The notes: a model not told the origin generated them from the sequence alone. Counted from the stretch's first letter, positions 36,534-47,071 are shown. The stretch: DNA of 64,000 nucleotides from Chloroflexota bacterium (GCA_004297395.1 SCUO01000038.1:6154-70153), one strand, 5' to 3'. Translations and numbers: made by a program.

Positions 36534-37552
36534 CCGGGCGCGTCGCGCACACCGTCATTTCCTCGCCGACCCGCGAGGTCACGCTCGGCTTCGATCGACC
36601 GTTCGTCGTCATCGGCGAACGGATCAACCCGACCGGCCGCAAGCTCCTGGCCGAGGAGATGCGCAACGGCGACTTCAGCCGGGTCGAGCGTGACGCGCTC
36701 GTCCAGGTCGAGGCCGGCGCCCACATGCTCGACGTCAACGCCGGCATCCCCCTGGCCGACGAGCCCGGGATCCTGGCCCGGACCGTCCGCCTCGTCCAGT
36801 CGCTCGTGGACGTGCCGCTTTCGATCGATTCGTCGATCGTCGAGGCCCTCGAGGCCGGGCTCGCCGCCTACCAGGGCAAGGCGCTCGTCAACAGCGTGAC
36901 CGGCGAGGAGGAGCGGATGGAGCGGGTCCTGCCGCTCGTCCGCAGGTACGGCGCCGCCGTCGTCGCGATCTCCAACGACGACACCGGGATCAGCGAGGAC
37001 CCCGACGTCCGGTTCGAGGTCGCCCGGCGGATCGTGGAGCGGGCGGCGGATCATGGGATCCCGCGCGAGGACGTCGTCGTCGACCCCCTGGTCATGCCGA
37101 TCGGGGCGATGCGGACCGCCGGCCAGCAGGTCTTCCGGCTCGTCCGACGGCTGCGCGAGGAGCTCGGCGTCAACTCGACCTGCGGGGCCAGCAACGTCAG
37201 CTTCGGGCTGCCCAACCGCGATGGCATCAACGCCGCGTTCCTGCCGATGGCGATCGCCTCGGGGCTGACGTCGGCCATCACCAACCCGCTCTCTGCCGAG
37301 GTCAAGGCCGCGATCATGGCGGCCGACGTCCTCATGGGCAACGACGAGGACGCCTACCGCTGGATCAAGGCCAACCGGTCCGTGCCCGTGGCGGCGAACG
37401 GCCGCGGCCCGGACCGCCGGGGCGGCTCCGGCGCCTCCGGCGGCTCCGGCGCGGCCGGCACGCCCGGAGAGCGGGGCCGGCGGGTCAACCGGCGGGCCCT
37501 GGCCGCCGGCTCGGGGCTCGGAGGCGACGCCGGAAGGCCTGGGCCCTCGTGA
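36530..37552 (+). CDS. Methyltetrahydrofolate:corrinoid methyltransferase (pterin-binding domain, MtgA/MtrH/AcsE-like)
   Basis: ATG overlaps the upstream stop (ATGA). Motifs are VIGERINPTGRK, MLDVNAG, SIDSS, ALVNSV and CGASNVSFGLPNR. It has a Gly/Arg-rich ~55-aa tail. Confidence 0.85.
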   Translation: MTGRVAHTVISSPTREVTLGFDRPFVVIGERINPTGRKLLAEEMRNGDFSRVERDALVQVEAGAHMLDVNAGIPLADEPGILARTVRLVQSLVDVPLSIDSSIVEALEAGLAAYQGKALVNSVTGEEERMERVLPLVRRYGAAVVAISNDDTGISEDPDVRFEVARRIVERAADHGIPREDVVVDPLVMPIGAMRTAGQQVFRLVRRLREELGVNSTCGASNVSFGLPNRDGINAAFLPMAIASGLTSAITNPLSAEVKAAIMAADVLMGNDEDAYRWIKANRSVPVAANGRGPDRRGGSGASGGSGAAGTPGERGRRVNRRALAAGSGLGGDAGRPGPS

Positions 37553-39651
37553 CCGCCGGCGCCGCCGAGCGGCTCGTCATCTTCACCCCGTCCGGGCGGC
37601 GCGGCCGCGTCGCCGATGGGACCACGGTCCTCGATGCCGCCCGCTCCCTCGGCGTCGACCTCGATTCGGTCTGCGGCGGGCGCGGCCTGTGCGGCCGCTG
37701 CCAGGTCCGACCCGCCGAGGGCGAGTTCCCGAAGCACGGCATCACCTCGACCGGCGGGCACCTCTCACCGGCCGGGCCCGATGAGGCCGAGTACGACCGC
37801 CTCCGGGGCCTCGCCGCCGATCGGCGCCTGGGCTGTCGCGCGGCGATCCACGGCGATGTCCTCGTCGACGTCCCGCCCGAGAGCCAGGTCCATCGCCAGG
37901 TCGTCCGCAAGGGCGTCCCGGTCCGTGACTTCGTCATCGATCCCGTCGTCCGGCTGTTCGAGGTCGAGGTCGAGCGGCCGACGCTCGAGACGCCGGGCGG
38001 CGACCTGGCAAGGCTGCGGGCCGCCCTGACGAACGAGTGGGGCCTCGACGGCGGGGCCCTCGAGGTCGACCTCCACGTGATCCGTGCGCTCCAGCCGGCT
38101 CTCGAGGCGGGCGGCTATCGCGTCACCGTCGCGATCCACGACGGTCGCCACGTGACCGCGGTCTGGCCGGGGCTCCACGACCGGGCCCTCGGCGTGGCCA
38201 TCGACATCGGCTCGACCACGATCGCCGGCCATCTCGCCGATCTCGCCGACGGCGCCGTCCTCGCCTCGGACGGGGTCATGAACCCCCAGATCCGGTTCGG
38301 CGAGGACCTCATGAGCCGGGTCTCGTACGCGATGCTCCACGACGGCGGCGCCACGGAGATGACGAGGGTCGTCCGGGACGCCCTGGGCTCGCTTGTCACG
38401 GGCCTGGCCCAGCGTGCCGAGGTCGACGCGGCCGACATCCTCGAGCTCACGATCGTCGGCAACCCGATCATGCATCACCTCGCCCTGGGCATCGATCCCG
38501 TGCCCCTGGGCTCGGCGCCGTTCGCCCTCGCGACCGACGGCGCCGTGCGGACGACGGCTCGGGACCTGGAGCTGCCGCTCCGCGCCGGCGCGCGGGTCTA
38601 CCTCCTGCCCTGCATCGCCGGCCACGTCGGGGCGGACGCCGCGGGGGCGATCCTGGCCGAGACGCCGTACCTGGCCGACGAGCTGACGCTCCTCGTCGAC
38701 GTCGGGACGAATGCCGAGATCGTGCTCGGCAACCGCGACCGGCTGCTCGCGGCCTCCTCGCCGACGGGGCCGGCCTTCGAGGGCGCCCAGATCAGCTGCG
38801 GCCAGCGGGCCGCACCCGGCGCGATCGAGCGGGTCCGGATCGACCGCGCGACACTGGAACCGCGATTCAAGGTCATCGGCTCGAACCGCTGGTCGGACGA
38901 GACGGGCTTCGCCGCATCCACCAGGCGGACCGGAATCACCGGCGTCTGCGGATCCGGGATCGTCGAGGTCATGGCCGAGCTGTTCCTTGCCGGCGTCATC
39001 ACCCCCGATGGCACGATCGACGGGTCCTTCGCCGCGCGGACGCCGCGGGTGGTGGCCGATGGCCGGACGTTCGCGTACCTCCTCAACGAGGGCGGCCCGG
39101 GCATCGATGACGGTCCCGCCTCGCCGCGCCTGACGATCACCCAGAACGACGTCCGGGCGATCCAGCTCGCGAAGGCCGCGCTCTACGCCGGCGCGCGGCT
39201 GCTCATGGACCACCTGGGCGTCGAGGCCGTCGACCAGGTCAAGCTCGCGGGAGCGTTCGGCAGCCAGATCGATCCGCTCCATGCGCTGATCCTGGGCCTC
39301 GTGCCCGACGCACCCCTCGAGAAGGTGGGCCCGGCCGGCAACGCCGCCGGGACCGGTGCGCTCATCGCGCTCTTGTCGGGCGAGGCGCGGCGCGAGATCG
39401 AGGGCGTCGTCCGGCGGGTCGAGAAGATCGAGACCGCGATCGAGCCGCGCTTCCAGGAGCACTTCGTGGACGCGATGGCCATTCCCCACCGGACCGCGCC
39501 GTCGCCCCACCTCGCGGCCCGGGTGGAGCTGCCGCGGCGCAGCCCTGCGGGCCAAAGCGCGACGCCCGCTCCCGGTCCCGACGGTGGATCGCAGCACGGC
39601 CGGCGCGTGAACACGCGACGCACGGTCGCCGCAGCGACGGAGCAGCGCTGA
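37549..39651 (+). CDS. Reductive activator of corrinoid enzymes: plant-type 2Fe-2S ferredoxin domain + ASKHA ATPase domain (RamA/RACE-like)
   Basis: The GTG overlaps the upstream stop. The cluster motif is CGGRGLCGRCQV...LGCRA, followed by a large ASKHA-type domain (IDIGSTTIAGHL, VDVGTNAEIVLG). Confidence 0.8.
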   Translation: MTAGAAERLVIFTPSGRRGRVADGTTVLDAARSLGVDLDSVCGGRGLCGRCQVRPAEGEFPKHGITSTGGHLSPAGPDEAEYDRLRGLAADRRLGCRAAIHGDVLVDVPPESQVHRQVVRKGVPVRDFVIDPVVRLFEVEVERPTLETPGGDLARLRAALTNEWGLDGGALEVDLHVIRALQPALEAGGYRVTVAIHDGRHVTAVWPGLHDRALGVAIDIGSTTIAGHLADLADGAVLASDGVMNPQIRFGEDLMSRVSYAMLHDGGATEMTRVVRDALGSLVTGLAQRAEVDAADILELTIVGNPIMHHLALGIDPVPLGSAPFALATDGAVRTTARDLELPLRAGARVYLLPCIAGHVGADAAGAILAETPYLADELTLLVDVGTNAEIVLGNRDRLLAASSPTGPAFEGAQISCGQRAAPGAIERVRIDRATLEPRFKVIGSNRWSDETGFAASTRRTGITGVCGSGIVEVMAELFLAGVITPDGTIDGSFAARTPRVVADGRTFAYLLNEGGPGIDDGPASPRLTITQNDVRAIQLAKAALYAGARLLMDHLGVEAVDQVKLAGAFGSQIDPLHALILGLVPDAPLEKVGPAGNAAGTGALIALLSGEARREIEGVVRRVEKIETAIEPRFQEHFVDAMAIPHRTAPSPHLAARVELPRRSPAGQSATPAPGPDGGSQHGRRVNTRRTVAAATEQR

Positions 39652-41189
39652 TGCACGAGGGACCCCGCCACCGAACCGGCGGCCGGGCCGGCCGGATGGC
39701 CGCCCGTCTCGCCGCCCACGTCGAGGCCGCGCCATTCCTGACGCGTTCGCTCAAGCCCTTCGAGGTCCTCGACGAGGAGGGTCTGTCGCTCCTCGAGGAG
39801 AACGCCGACACGATCCTCCAGGAGGTCGGCATCGAGTTCCGGGGGGATCCCGACGCGCTCCGCCTGCTCCGCGAGGCCGGGGCCGACGTGTCGGGCGAGC
39901 TGGTGCGGTTCCCGCGCGGACTGTGCCGGCAGGTCGTCCAGGCGACCGCGCCGCGAACCTTCACCCAGCACGCCCGGAACCCCGAGCGAACCGTCCAGAT
40001 CGGTGACCCGTACACGGTCCTTGCCCCGAACTACGGCTCGCCCTTCGTCCGCGACCTAGACAACGGCCGCCGCTACGGCACGATCGAGGACTTCCGGAAC
40101 TTCGTGAAGCTGACCTACCTGAGCCCCTACCTCCACCATTCGGGGGGCACGGTCTGCGAGCCGGTCGACGTGCCCGTCAACAAGCGCCACCTTGACATGG
40201 TCTACGCCCACATGCGCTGGTCGGACAAGCCGTTCATGGGCTCGGTGACGGCGCCGTCGCGAGCGGCCGACACCGTCGAGATGGCGAAGATCCTGTTCGG
40301 CGAGGACTACATCCAGGACCACACGGTCATCCTCAGCCTGATCAACGCCAACTCGCCGCTGGTCTGGGACTCGACGATGCTCGGCGCCGCCCGGGCCTAC
40401 GCCGAGCACAACCAGGCGACCCTCATCACGCCCTTCATCCTGGCCGGGGCGATGTCGCCGGTGACGGTCGCGGGAACCGCGGCCCAGACGCTGGCCGAGG
40501 CCCTCGCCGGGATGACGTTCGTCCAGCTGACCCGGCCCGGCGCGCCGGTCGTCCTGGGCAGCTTCGCGAGCTCGATCTCGATGCAGTCGGGCGCGCCGAC
40601 GTTCGGGACGCCCGAGCCGGCCCTCGTCCTGTACGTCATGGCCGCGCTGGCGCGTCGACTTGGCGTGCCGTTCCGCTCGGGCGGCAACCTCTGCGCGTCG
40701 AAGGTCGCCGACGCCCAGGCGGCTTACGAATCGGCCGCCACCTTCCAGCCCACCATCCTGGCCGGCGTGAACTTCGTCCTCCACGCGGCCGGCTGGCTCG
40801 AGGGCGGCCTCGCCATCGGCTACGAGAAGTTCATCCTCGACCTCGACCAGTGCGGGATGGCCGGCGTCTTCGTCAACGGCGTCGACCTGTCGGCCAACGG
40901 CCAGGCCATCGATGCGATCAAGGAGAACGGCCCGGGTCTCCACTTCCTCGGCAACAGCCACACCCTGGCCAACTTCGAGACCGCCTTCTACCGCTCGGCC
41001 ACGGCCGACAACAACTCGTTCGAGCAGTGGCTCGAGGACGGCGGCCAGGACGCCGCCCAGCGGGCCAACGCCATCTGGAAGCGGATGCTCCGCGAGTACG
41101 AGGCGCCGCCCCTCGACGACGCCATCGACGAGGCCCTCCTCGAGTTCATCGTCCGGCGCAAGGCGTCGTTCCCGGATTCCGAGGTCTAG
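39651..41189 (+). CDS. MttB-superfamily methyltransferase without pyrrolysine codon (quaternary-amine:corrinoid methyltransferase candidate)
   Basis: The ORF is an uninterrupted 512 codons. MttB-family blocks include LLEENADTILQEVGIEF, NANSPLVWDSTML and LHAAGWLEGGL. The ATG shares 1 nt with the upstream stop (TGATG). Confidence 0.85.
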   Translation: MHEGPRHRTGGRAGRMAARLAAHVEAAPFLTRSLKPFEVLDEEGLSLLEENADTILQEVGIEFRGDPDALRLLREAGADVSGELVRFPRGLCRQVVQATAPRTFTQHARNPERTVQIGDPYTVLAPNYGSPFVRDLDNGRRYGTIEDFRNFVKLTYLSPYLHHSGGTVCEPVDVPVNKRHLDMVYAHMRWSDKPFMGSVTAPSRAADTVEMAKILFGEDYIQDHTVILSLINANSPLVWDSTMLGAARAYAEHNQATLITPFILAGAMSPVTVAGTAAQTLAEALAGMTFVQLTRPGAPVVLGSFASSISMQSGAPTFGTPEPALVLYVMAALARRLGVPFRSGGNLCASKVADAQAAYESAATFQPTILAGVNFVLHAAGWLEGGLAIGYEKFILDLDQCGMAGVFVNGVDLSANGQAIDAIKENGPGLHFLGNSHTLANFETAFYRSATADNNSFEQWLEDGGQDAAQRANAIWKRMLREYEAPPLDDAIDEALLEFIVRRKASFPDSEV

Positions 41190-41193
41190 GGCG

Positions 41194-42096
41194 ATGGCCT
41201 TCCTTCGGCGCGGCGGGTCCGCCGCGCGCCTCGACCCCGGCCCTCGCGCGGCCCTGGCCGGTCTCCTCGAGAGCCCGACGTACGAGCTCATCCCGTTGAA
41301 GAATGCCCTCGACCAGGCCGCGGCCCTGCCTCCCGGCGCGACGGTCTCCGTGACGGCTTCGCCGGCGAAGGGCATCGAGGCCACGATCGACCTCGCCGAG
41401 ACCCTCGAGGCGGCCGGCTTTCGGGCCGTGCCCCACCTGTCGGCCCGGATGATCCGCGACCACGGCCACCTCAAGGAGCTCCTCGCCCGACTGCGGGGCG
41501 CGGGGATCGACCGGACCTTCGTCGTCGGCGGCGACGAGGAGCAGCCCGGCGACTACGTCGATGGGTTCGCCCTCCTCCTCGCGATGGCCGACCTCGGCAA
41601 CGGCCCGCGCGAAATCGGGATCCCGTGCTATCCGCAGGGCCACGCGTCCATCCCCGACGCGGCCCTCCTCCGCGCCCTCCGGGACAAGGCGCCGTTCGCC
41701 AGCTACATGACGACCCAGCTGTGCTTCGATCCGCCCGCGATCGCCCGGTTCGTCGCGGCCCGCCGAGCCGAGGGCCTGACGCTCCCGCTCAAGATCGGCA
41801 TCCCAGGCGTGGCCGAGGTCCCGAAGCTGATGACGATCAGCGCCCGGATCGGCGTCCGCGACACGGGCCGGTTCCTGATGAAGAACTCGCGCTTCGTCGG
41901 CCAGCTCCTGACGTCGGGCGGGATCTACCGCCCGACCGGCCTGCTCGAGAAGCTCGCCCCGCTCATCGCCGAGCCGCGCTCCGGCATCGTCGACCTCCAC
42001 GTCTACACCTTCAACCAGGTGCCCTCGACGGAGGGCTGGCGACGGGACTACCTGGCCGCGCTCACGGGCACGGCCGGCGCGGCCGCCTCGGCCTGA
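41194..42096 (+). CDS. metF: Methylenetetrahydrofolate reductase
   Basis: YELIPLKN, TASPAKG, PHLSAR, VVGGD and YPQGH are MetF family blocks. The gene starts 5 nt after the mttB-like stop. Confidence 0.8.
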   Translation: MAFLRRGGSAARLDPGPRAALAGLLESPTYELIPLKNALDQAAALPPGATVSVTASPAKGIEATIDLAETLEAAGFRAVPHLSARMIRDHGHLKELLARLRGAGIDRTFVVGGDEEQPGDYVDGFALLLAMADLGNGPREIGIPCYPQGHASIPDAALLRALRDKAPFASYMTTQLCFDPPAIARFVAARRAEGLTLPLKIGIPGVAEVPKLMTISARIGVRDTGRFLMKNSRFVGQLLTSGGIYRPTGLLEKLAPLIAEPRSGIVDLHVYTFNQVPSTEGWRRDYLAALTGTAGAAASA

Positions 42097-42120
42097 GCGG
42101 CGCGTGGTCCCGAGCGTGCC

Positions 42121-42567
42121 GTGACCCCGGAGCAGCGGGCTCTCCGCGACGCCCTGGCGGTCCTGCCCCGGCGGATCGCCGCCGCCGTCGAGGCGTCTCC
42201 GCTCGCGCCGGACGACGCTCCCGAGCCCGGCGAGTGGTCCGCCCGCGAGGTCGTCCGCCACCTCGCGGCCGTGGAGGAGGAGGTCTGGCACGTCCGGCTC
42301 GACGCGCTCGCCACTGAATCATTCCCGGAGTGGCCGTGGGTCGAGCCGGGCCTCTGGTCTGGGCCCGGCGACGGAGCCTTCGAGACCGCGCTCGAGGTGT
42401 TCGTGGCGCGCCGTGGCGCGACCCTGGCTCGGCTCGACGCGCTCGACGCCGCGGGCTGGGCGCGGAGCGGGCGGCACGTCGTCTACGGCGTCCTGGATGT
42501 CGCGGCGATGCTCCGGATCCTCATCGATCACGACGCGGAGCACCTCGCCCAGGTCGCGCGGCAATAG
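42121..42567 (+). CDS. DinB-family (DinB_2-like) metal-dependent protein
   Basis: A four-helix pattern with His ligands (VVRHLAAVEE ... IDHDAEHLAQV). Confidence 0.7.
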   Translation: MTPEQRALRDALAVLPRRIAAAVEASPLAPDDAPEPGEWSAREVVRHLAAVEEEVWHVRLDALATESFPEWPWVEPGLWSGPGDGAFETALEVFVARRGATLARLDALDAAGWARSGRHVVYGVLDVAAMLRILIDHDAEHLAQVARQ

Positions 42568-42769
42568 CGGGTCGACGACCACCGCCGCGACCCGCCGCGA
42601 CCCGCCCCTCACTCACTCCGCGAGTGATAGTTGCCCGTGCGGATCAGGGGTGCCTGCGAGCGCAGCGTCGACCCGCCTCTCCTGCGTGTGACGACAGCGC
42701 CGCGAGCTGCGGGACCGCGAGTGCGCCGCGTCGATGCTCCTACCACTCCCAAGGTGAGTGGGCGGCGGG

Positions 42770-43504
42770 TCAACGAGGGCGGTGGCCCCCGGTCCGCCTG
42801 ATCAGCAGCAGCCCCAGGACGAGCGTCGCACCGTACGGCAGGATCCAGCCGAGACCACCCGGGTCGAACGGGCCGGGGACGAGCGGCGAATCGCCATGGC
42901 CCGGCGTGATCCGGACGACCGGGAGGCTTCGATGCCGCTCGAGCAGTGTCGCGTCGTCGAGGCGGCGGACATCGCCCACGACCGCCCGGCCCACGATGCC
43001 GAAGCTTCCGATGAGCGCCCGGTACGCGCCGAGCCACTCGACCGGATCCGTCACGGGCACGGCCTGGCCGAGGAACCGGCGGGTCGGCAGGATGACCTCC
43101 ACGTTCGGATCGGCGACGAGGTTCTGGAACCAGGGCGTCGGCCGGCCGTAGCCGGCCACGCAGTAAACGGCCCCGTCCCGGATGACGTAGCCGAGCGGCG
43201 CCTCGCGGAGGAGGCCGGATCGGTGCCCCCGCGTCCGCAGGAGCATCAGGTGGCCCGTCAGGGGGTTGCCCACGAGCCGGCCGAGGCCGTGCCGCATGAG
43301 CGGGGCCACGAAGCTCCGGTTCAGGAAGAGGAAGCCCCGCTGGAGCGGCCGAAGCAGGAGCGACAGGATCGGTCCGTAGGGCAGGGGCGCGGCCGACGCA
43401 GCCGAAGATTCGGCAGCAGTGATGGCCGGCGGGCCTGGCGGACTCGACATCGCCGGCGGCGGGTCCATGACCGTCATGCCTGGATCGTGGAGGACCGGCG
43501 ACAT
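42770..43504 (-). CDS. Deazaflavin(F420)-dependent nitroreductase-family protein (DUF385-like) with C-terminal TM helix
   Basis: LMLLRTRGHRSGLLREAPLGY...GAVYCVAGYGRPTPWFQNLVADPNVEV...SLPVVRITP fits the DUF385 pattern. The N-terminal start is uncertain. Confidence 0.65.
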   Translation of the reverse strand: MSPVLHDPGMTVMDPPPAMSSPPGPPAITAAESSAASAAPLPYGPILSLLLRPLQRGFLFLNRSFVAPLMRHGLGRLVGNPLTGHLMLLRTRGHRSGLLREAPLGYVIRDGAVYCVAGYGRPTPWFQNLVADPNVEVILPTRRFLGQAVPVTDPVEWLGAYRALIGSFGIVGRAVVGDVRRLDDATLLERHRSLPVVRITPGHGDSPLVPGPFDPGGLGWILPYGATLVLGLLLIRRTGGHRPR

Positions 43505-43579
43505 CCCCGCCAGTGTCGAAGGTCCCCTCCGGACGGCAACTCGGCTAGGCTCCGGAGGAACACCAGCAAGAGGTCATCG

Positions 43580-45274
43580 ATGCCTTCGATCAGCGAGATC
43601 TCCAGCCAGTACATCGACGAGGTCGCCGAGCTGGACCCGGTCCGCGGCGAGCGCTGGGGTGTCGCGTCGGACCCGACCCGCCTGACCGACTACTCGCCGT
43701 CGGGATACGACGCGCTTCGGGTGCTGCTCGCCCGGACCCTCGATGCCCTCGCCGCGGCGGACCCGCCGGCCGACGAGGCGGAGCGCCTGGGCGCGGGCTT
43801 CCTCGAGGACTGGATCGCCGGCGAGGCCGGGGTCATCGACATCGGGGAGCGCGAGCGCAACCTCAGCATCGTCGTGGGGCCGGCGGCGAGCACGCGTTCG
43901 GTCTTCGATCTCATGGATCACGCCACGCCCGAGGATTGGGCGCACATCGCCGCCCGGCTGCGAGCCGTGCCGGGCTGCATGAACGGCTACCGGGCGAGCC
44001 TCCAGGCGGGCCTCGACCACGGCCGGCCGGCCGCGCGCCGCCAGGCCCTGGCCGTCGCCGAGCAATGCGCGACGTGGGCCGGGAACGGCGACGGCGGCTG
44101 GTTCGGGATCTTCGTGGCAGGGGCAGCCAAGGCCGGGGTCGACGCGACGCTCCAGGGCGAGCTCGATGCCGCCGCCCGGGACGCCGGCGAGGCCTATGGC
44201 ACGCTCGGGGCCTGGCTCCGGGACGAGTACGCGCCGATCGCCACCGAGGTCGATGCCTCGGGCGACGAGCGCTACCAGGCCTGGGCTCGCTATCTCCTGG
44301 GCACGGAGCTCGATCTCGACGAGGCCTACGCCTGGGGCTGGGCCGAGCTCGCCCGGCTCGAGGCCGAGAAGGCGAAGGAATGCGAGCGGATCCTGCCAGG
44401 CGCCTCGTTCCTCGAGGTCCGCGAGCTCCTCATCACCGATCCTGCCCGGTCAATGCATGGCGTCGAGGCCTACCGCGACTGGCTCCAGTCGGTCACGGAT
44501 GAGGCCATCGATGGCCTCGACGGCGTCGAGTTCGACATCGATCCCCGGATCCGGCGCTGCGACGTCCGGATCCCGCCCGAGGGTTCGGCGGCCGCCGCGT
44601 ACTACACGCCCCCGTCCGAGGACCTCAAGCGGCCCGGCCAGACCTGGTTCCCGACCGTCGGCCGAACCCGCTTCCCGACCTGGGACGACGTCAGCACCGC
44701 CTACCACGAAGCCGTCCCGGGCCATCACCTCCAGGGCGCGACGATCCGGCTCGTGCCCCTGACCCGGGCCCAGAAGCTCGGCTTTGTCTCTGCCCACGGC
44801 GAGGGCTGGGCCCTCTACGCCGAACGGCTCATGGACGAGCTGGGCTGGTTCCGGACGCCGGACACCCGCCTCGGCTTCCTGTGCGCCCACGCCCTGCGGG
44901 CGGCTCGGGTCGTGGTCGACATCGGCCTCCACACCGGGCGGCTGATCCCGGCCAGCGGTGCCTCCCTGTACCCCGGCTGGTCGGGCGAGGCCGGCCGGCC
45001 GTGGACCTACGACGGGGCCATCGATTTCATGGTCCGGTCCGGCGGGATGGAGCGTGACAAGTCGGAGAGCGAGATCCTCCGGTACCTGTCCTGGCCCAGC
45101 CAGGCAACGGCCTACAAGCTCGGCGAGCGGACCTGGCTCGAGGGCCGCGAGGCCGCTCAGGCGGCTGCGGCCGGCGCAGGCCGCGAGTTCGATCGCAAGG
45201 GCTGGCACGCGCGGGCCCTGGCCCTAGGCCCGCTGGGCCTGAAGCGCCTCGGCGCCGAGCTCGCCGGGATCTAG
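43580..45274 (+). CDS. DUF885-family protein (putative metallopeptidase fold)
   Basis: ATG 43580. The motif AYHEAVPGHHLQ and the overall length (564 aa) are typical of DUF885. The upstream 274 codons of ORF 42758..45274 are antisense to the DUF385 gene. Confidence 0.75.
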   Translation: MPSISEISSQYIDEVAELDPVRGERWGVASDPTRLTDYSPSGYDALRVLLARTLDALAAADPPADEAERLGAGFLEDWIAGEAGVIDIGERERNLSIVVGPAASTRSVFDLMDHATPEDWAHIAARLRAVPGCMNGYRASLQAGLDHGRPAARRQALAVAEQCATWAGNGDGGWFGIFVAGAAKAGVDATLQGELDAAARDAGEAYGTLGAWLRDEYAPIATEVDASGDERYQAWARYLLGTELDLDEAYAWGWAELARLEAEKAKECERILPGASFLEVRELLITDPARSMHGVEAYRDWLQSVTDEAIDGLDGVEFDIDPRIRRCDVRIPPEGSAAAAYYTPPSEDLKRPGQTWFPTVGRTRFPTWDDVSTAYHEAVPGHHLQGATIRLVPLTRAQKLGFVSAHGEGWALYAERLMDELGWFRTPDTRLGFLCAHALRAARVVVDIGLHTGRLIPASGASLYPGWSGEAGRPWTYDGAIDFMVRSGGMERDKSESEILRYLSWPSQATAYKLGERTWLEGREAAQAAAAGAGREFDRKGWHARALALGPLGLKRLGAELAGI

Positions 45275-45287
45275 GGAGGAGACGACG

Positions 45288-45764
45288 ATGACGACCGAGC
45301 CCGCCGACCGGGCCGCGCTCCTCGAGCGGTACCGCTCGGGCATGACCGACCTCGAAGACGCCCTGGCCGGTATCACCGAGGCCGACCTCGATCGGCCCCA
45401 GCCGGCCGCCGAGTGGACGGCCCGCCAGGTCGTCCATCACCTTGCCGACAGCGAATCGATGGCCTCCATCCGGCTCCGCCGGCTCATCGCCGAGGACGAC
45501 CCGGTCATCCACGGCTACGACGAGCCCGAGTGGGCCCGCCGCCTCCACTACGATCGCCCGATCGAGGCCTCGATGGCCGTCGTCGCCGCCGTCCGGGCGG
45601 CCAGCCTGCAGCTCCTGGAGTCGTTGACGCCGGCCGAGTGGGCCCGAACCGGGACCCACACCGAATCCGGCAGCTACTCGGTCGACCGCTGGCTCGAGAT
45701 CTATGCCGGCCACACCCATGACCACGCCGACCAGATCCGCCGCGCAACGCGAGGTCAGGCCTGA
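45288..45764 (+). CDS. DinB-family protein
   Basis: gggaggag RBS. His triad pattern: VVHHLADSE ... YAGHTHDHADQI. Confidence 0.75.
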   Translation: MTTEPADRAALLERYRSGMTDLEDALAGITEADLDRPQPAAEWTARQVVHHLADSESMASIRLRRLIAEDDPVIHGYDEPEWARRLHYDRPIEASMAVVAAVRAASLQLLESLTPAEWARTGTHTESGSYSVDRWLEIYAGHTHDHADQIRRATRGQA

Positions 45765-45844
45765 TCCGTCCCGGGCGATTGTCGGGCCCGAGGCGGATCC
45801 ATCCGGGGCCGCGGGCGTGTCTCGCGGCGGAGTAGCGACCCCTG

Positions 45845-47071
45845 CTAGCCGGCCCCGAGGTGCCGGAGCGCCACCGCCGCGTACGTCGCGGCCCCGAGGG
45901 CCATCGCAGCCTCGTCGAAGACGACGAGGTTCGAGTGGTTCTGCGGTGCCGTGGCGGCATCCCCCCCGGCCGGTCGCGCACCGAGGAAGGTCATCATCCC
46001 CGGGATCCGCTGGAGGACGTACGAGAAGTCCTCGGCGCCCATGATCGGCTCGGTCATCTCAACGACCGCGTCCGCGCCGGCCAGGTCGATCGCGACGGCC
46101 CGGACGAGGTCGGTGAACGCCCGATCGTTGACCGTCACGGGGTAGCCGGGCTCGATCAGCACGTCGACCTCGGCGCCATGGGCGGCGCCGACGCCCTCCG
46201 CTACCCGGCGGATCCGATCCTTCACCTCGGCCCGGACACGCTCGTCGAGGGTCCGCAGCGTCCCCTCGAGCTCGGCCGTCGGCGGAATGATGTTGTTGGT
46301 CGTGCCGGCCGTGACCCGCGCGATCGTGATCACGGCGGGGTTGAGGGCGTCGACCGTCCGCGTGACCATGAGCTGGAGGGCGAGGATCAGCTCGGCCGCG
46401 ATCGTGATCGGGTCGAGCGACGAGAAGGGCTCCGAGGCGTGCCCGCCGCGGCCCCGGACCGTCAGGAGGAGCCGGTCCGCCGCGGCGAGGAGCGGCCCGT
46501 GGCGCACGTTGAGCGTGCCGGTCGGGTACTTCGTCGAGATGTGGAGCGCGAAGGCGGCCGCGCCGGGCGTCCCCTCGATCCCTGCGAGGAGCCCGTCCTC
46601 GAGCATGTACCGGGCCCCGTGATACCCCTCCTCGCCGGGCTGGAACATGAGGACCACGCGGCCGGCGAACTCGGCTCGCCGGTCGAGGAGCAGCCGGGCC
46701 CCGCCGAGGAGCATCGAGACGTGCGTGTCGTGGCCGCAGGCGTGCATGGCCCCGGGATGGCCGGAGGCGAAGTCGAGGCCGGTGTCCTCGGTCAGGGGCA
46801 GGCCGTCCATGTCGCCGCGGAGGACGATCGTGTGGCCCGCGGCTTCGCCTGCGCCCGTCCCCTGGATCACGGCGCTGACCGAGCTCGTCGACCGCCCGAG
46901 CACGGGCTCGAGTCCGAGGGCGCGGACCTCGTCGGCCACGAGAGCCTGGGTCTTCGGGAGCTGGAGCCCGATCTCGGGGATTCGGTGGAGCCGCCGGCGG
47001 ACGTCCACGATCGAGGGGAAGATGGCTTCGGCATCCGCCCGGAGGGCGGCTGGAGCGGCGGCGATCGTCAT
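45845..47071 (-). CDS. M20/M25/M40 amidohydrolase (N-acyl-amino-acid/hippurate hydrolase-like)
   Basis: RRLHRIPEIG, LRGDMDGLP, HACGHD and FQPGEEG are metal-ligand blocks of the M20D subfamily. Confidence 0.85.
   Translation of the reverse strand: MTIAAAPAALRADAEAIFPSIVDVRRRLHRIPEIGLQLPKTQALVADEVRALGLEPVLGRSTSSVSAVIQGTGAGEAAGHTIVLRGDMDGLPLTEDTGLDFASGHPGAMHACGHDTHVSMLLGGARLLLDRRAEFAGRVVLMFQPGEEGYHGARYMLEDGLLAGIEGTPGAAAFALHISTKYPTGTLNVRHGPLLAAADRLLLTVRGRGGHASEPFSSLDPITIAAELILALQLMVTRTVDALNPAVITIARVTAGTTNNIIPPTAELEGTLRTLDERVRAEVKDRIRRVAEGVGAAHGAEVDVLIEPGYPVTVNDRAFTDLVRAVAIDLAGADAVVEMTEPIMGAEDFSYVLQRIPGMMTFLGARPAGGDAATAPQNHSNLVVFDEAAMALGAATYAAVALRHLGAG

Noticed and set aside
42568-42769. A possible small RNA in the 200-bp convergent spacer between the DinB and DUF385 genes. 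Features noted: the palindrome tcact-ccgcg-agtga, direct repeats gcgacccgcc, and distant partial complementarity cctcactcac / gtgagtgggcgg.
   Set aside because: The pairings are short and imperfect, I recognise no known ncRNA family, and there is no promoter-like element. The features are more likely terminator-type structures for the convergent genes.
42758-43579. An N-terminal 274 codons of ORF 42758..45274 as part of the DUF885 protein (838 aa).
   Set aside because: That part is antisense to the DUF385-type gene (42770..43504), is low-complexity (R/P/E/A-rich), and DUF885 homology begins only after ATG 43580.
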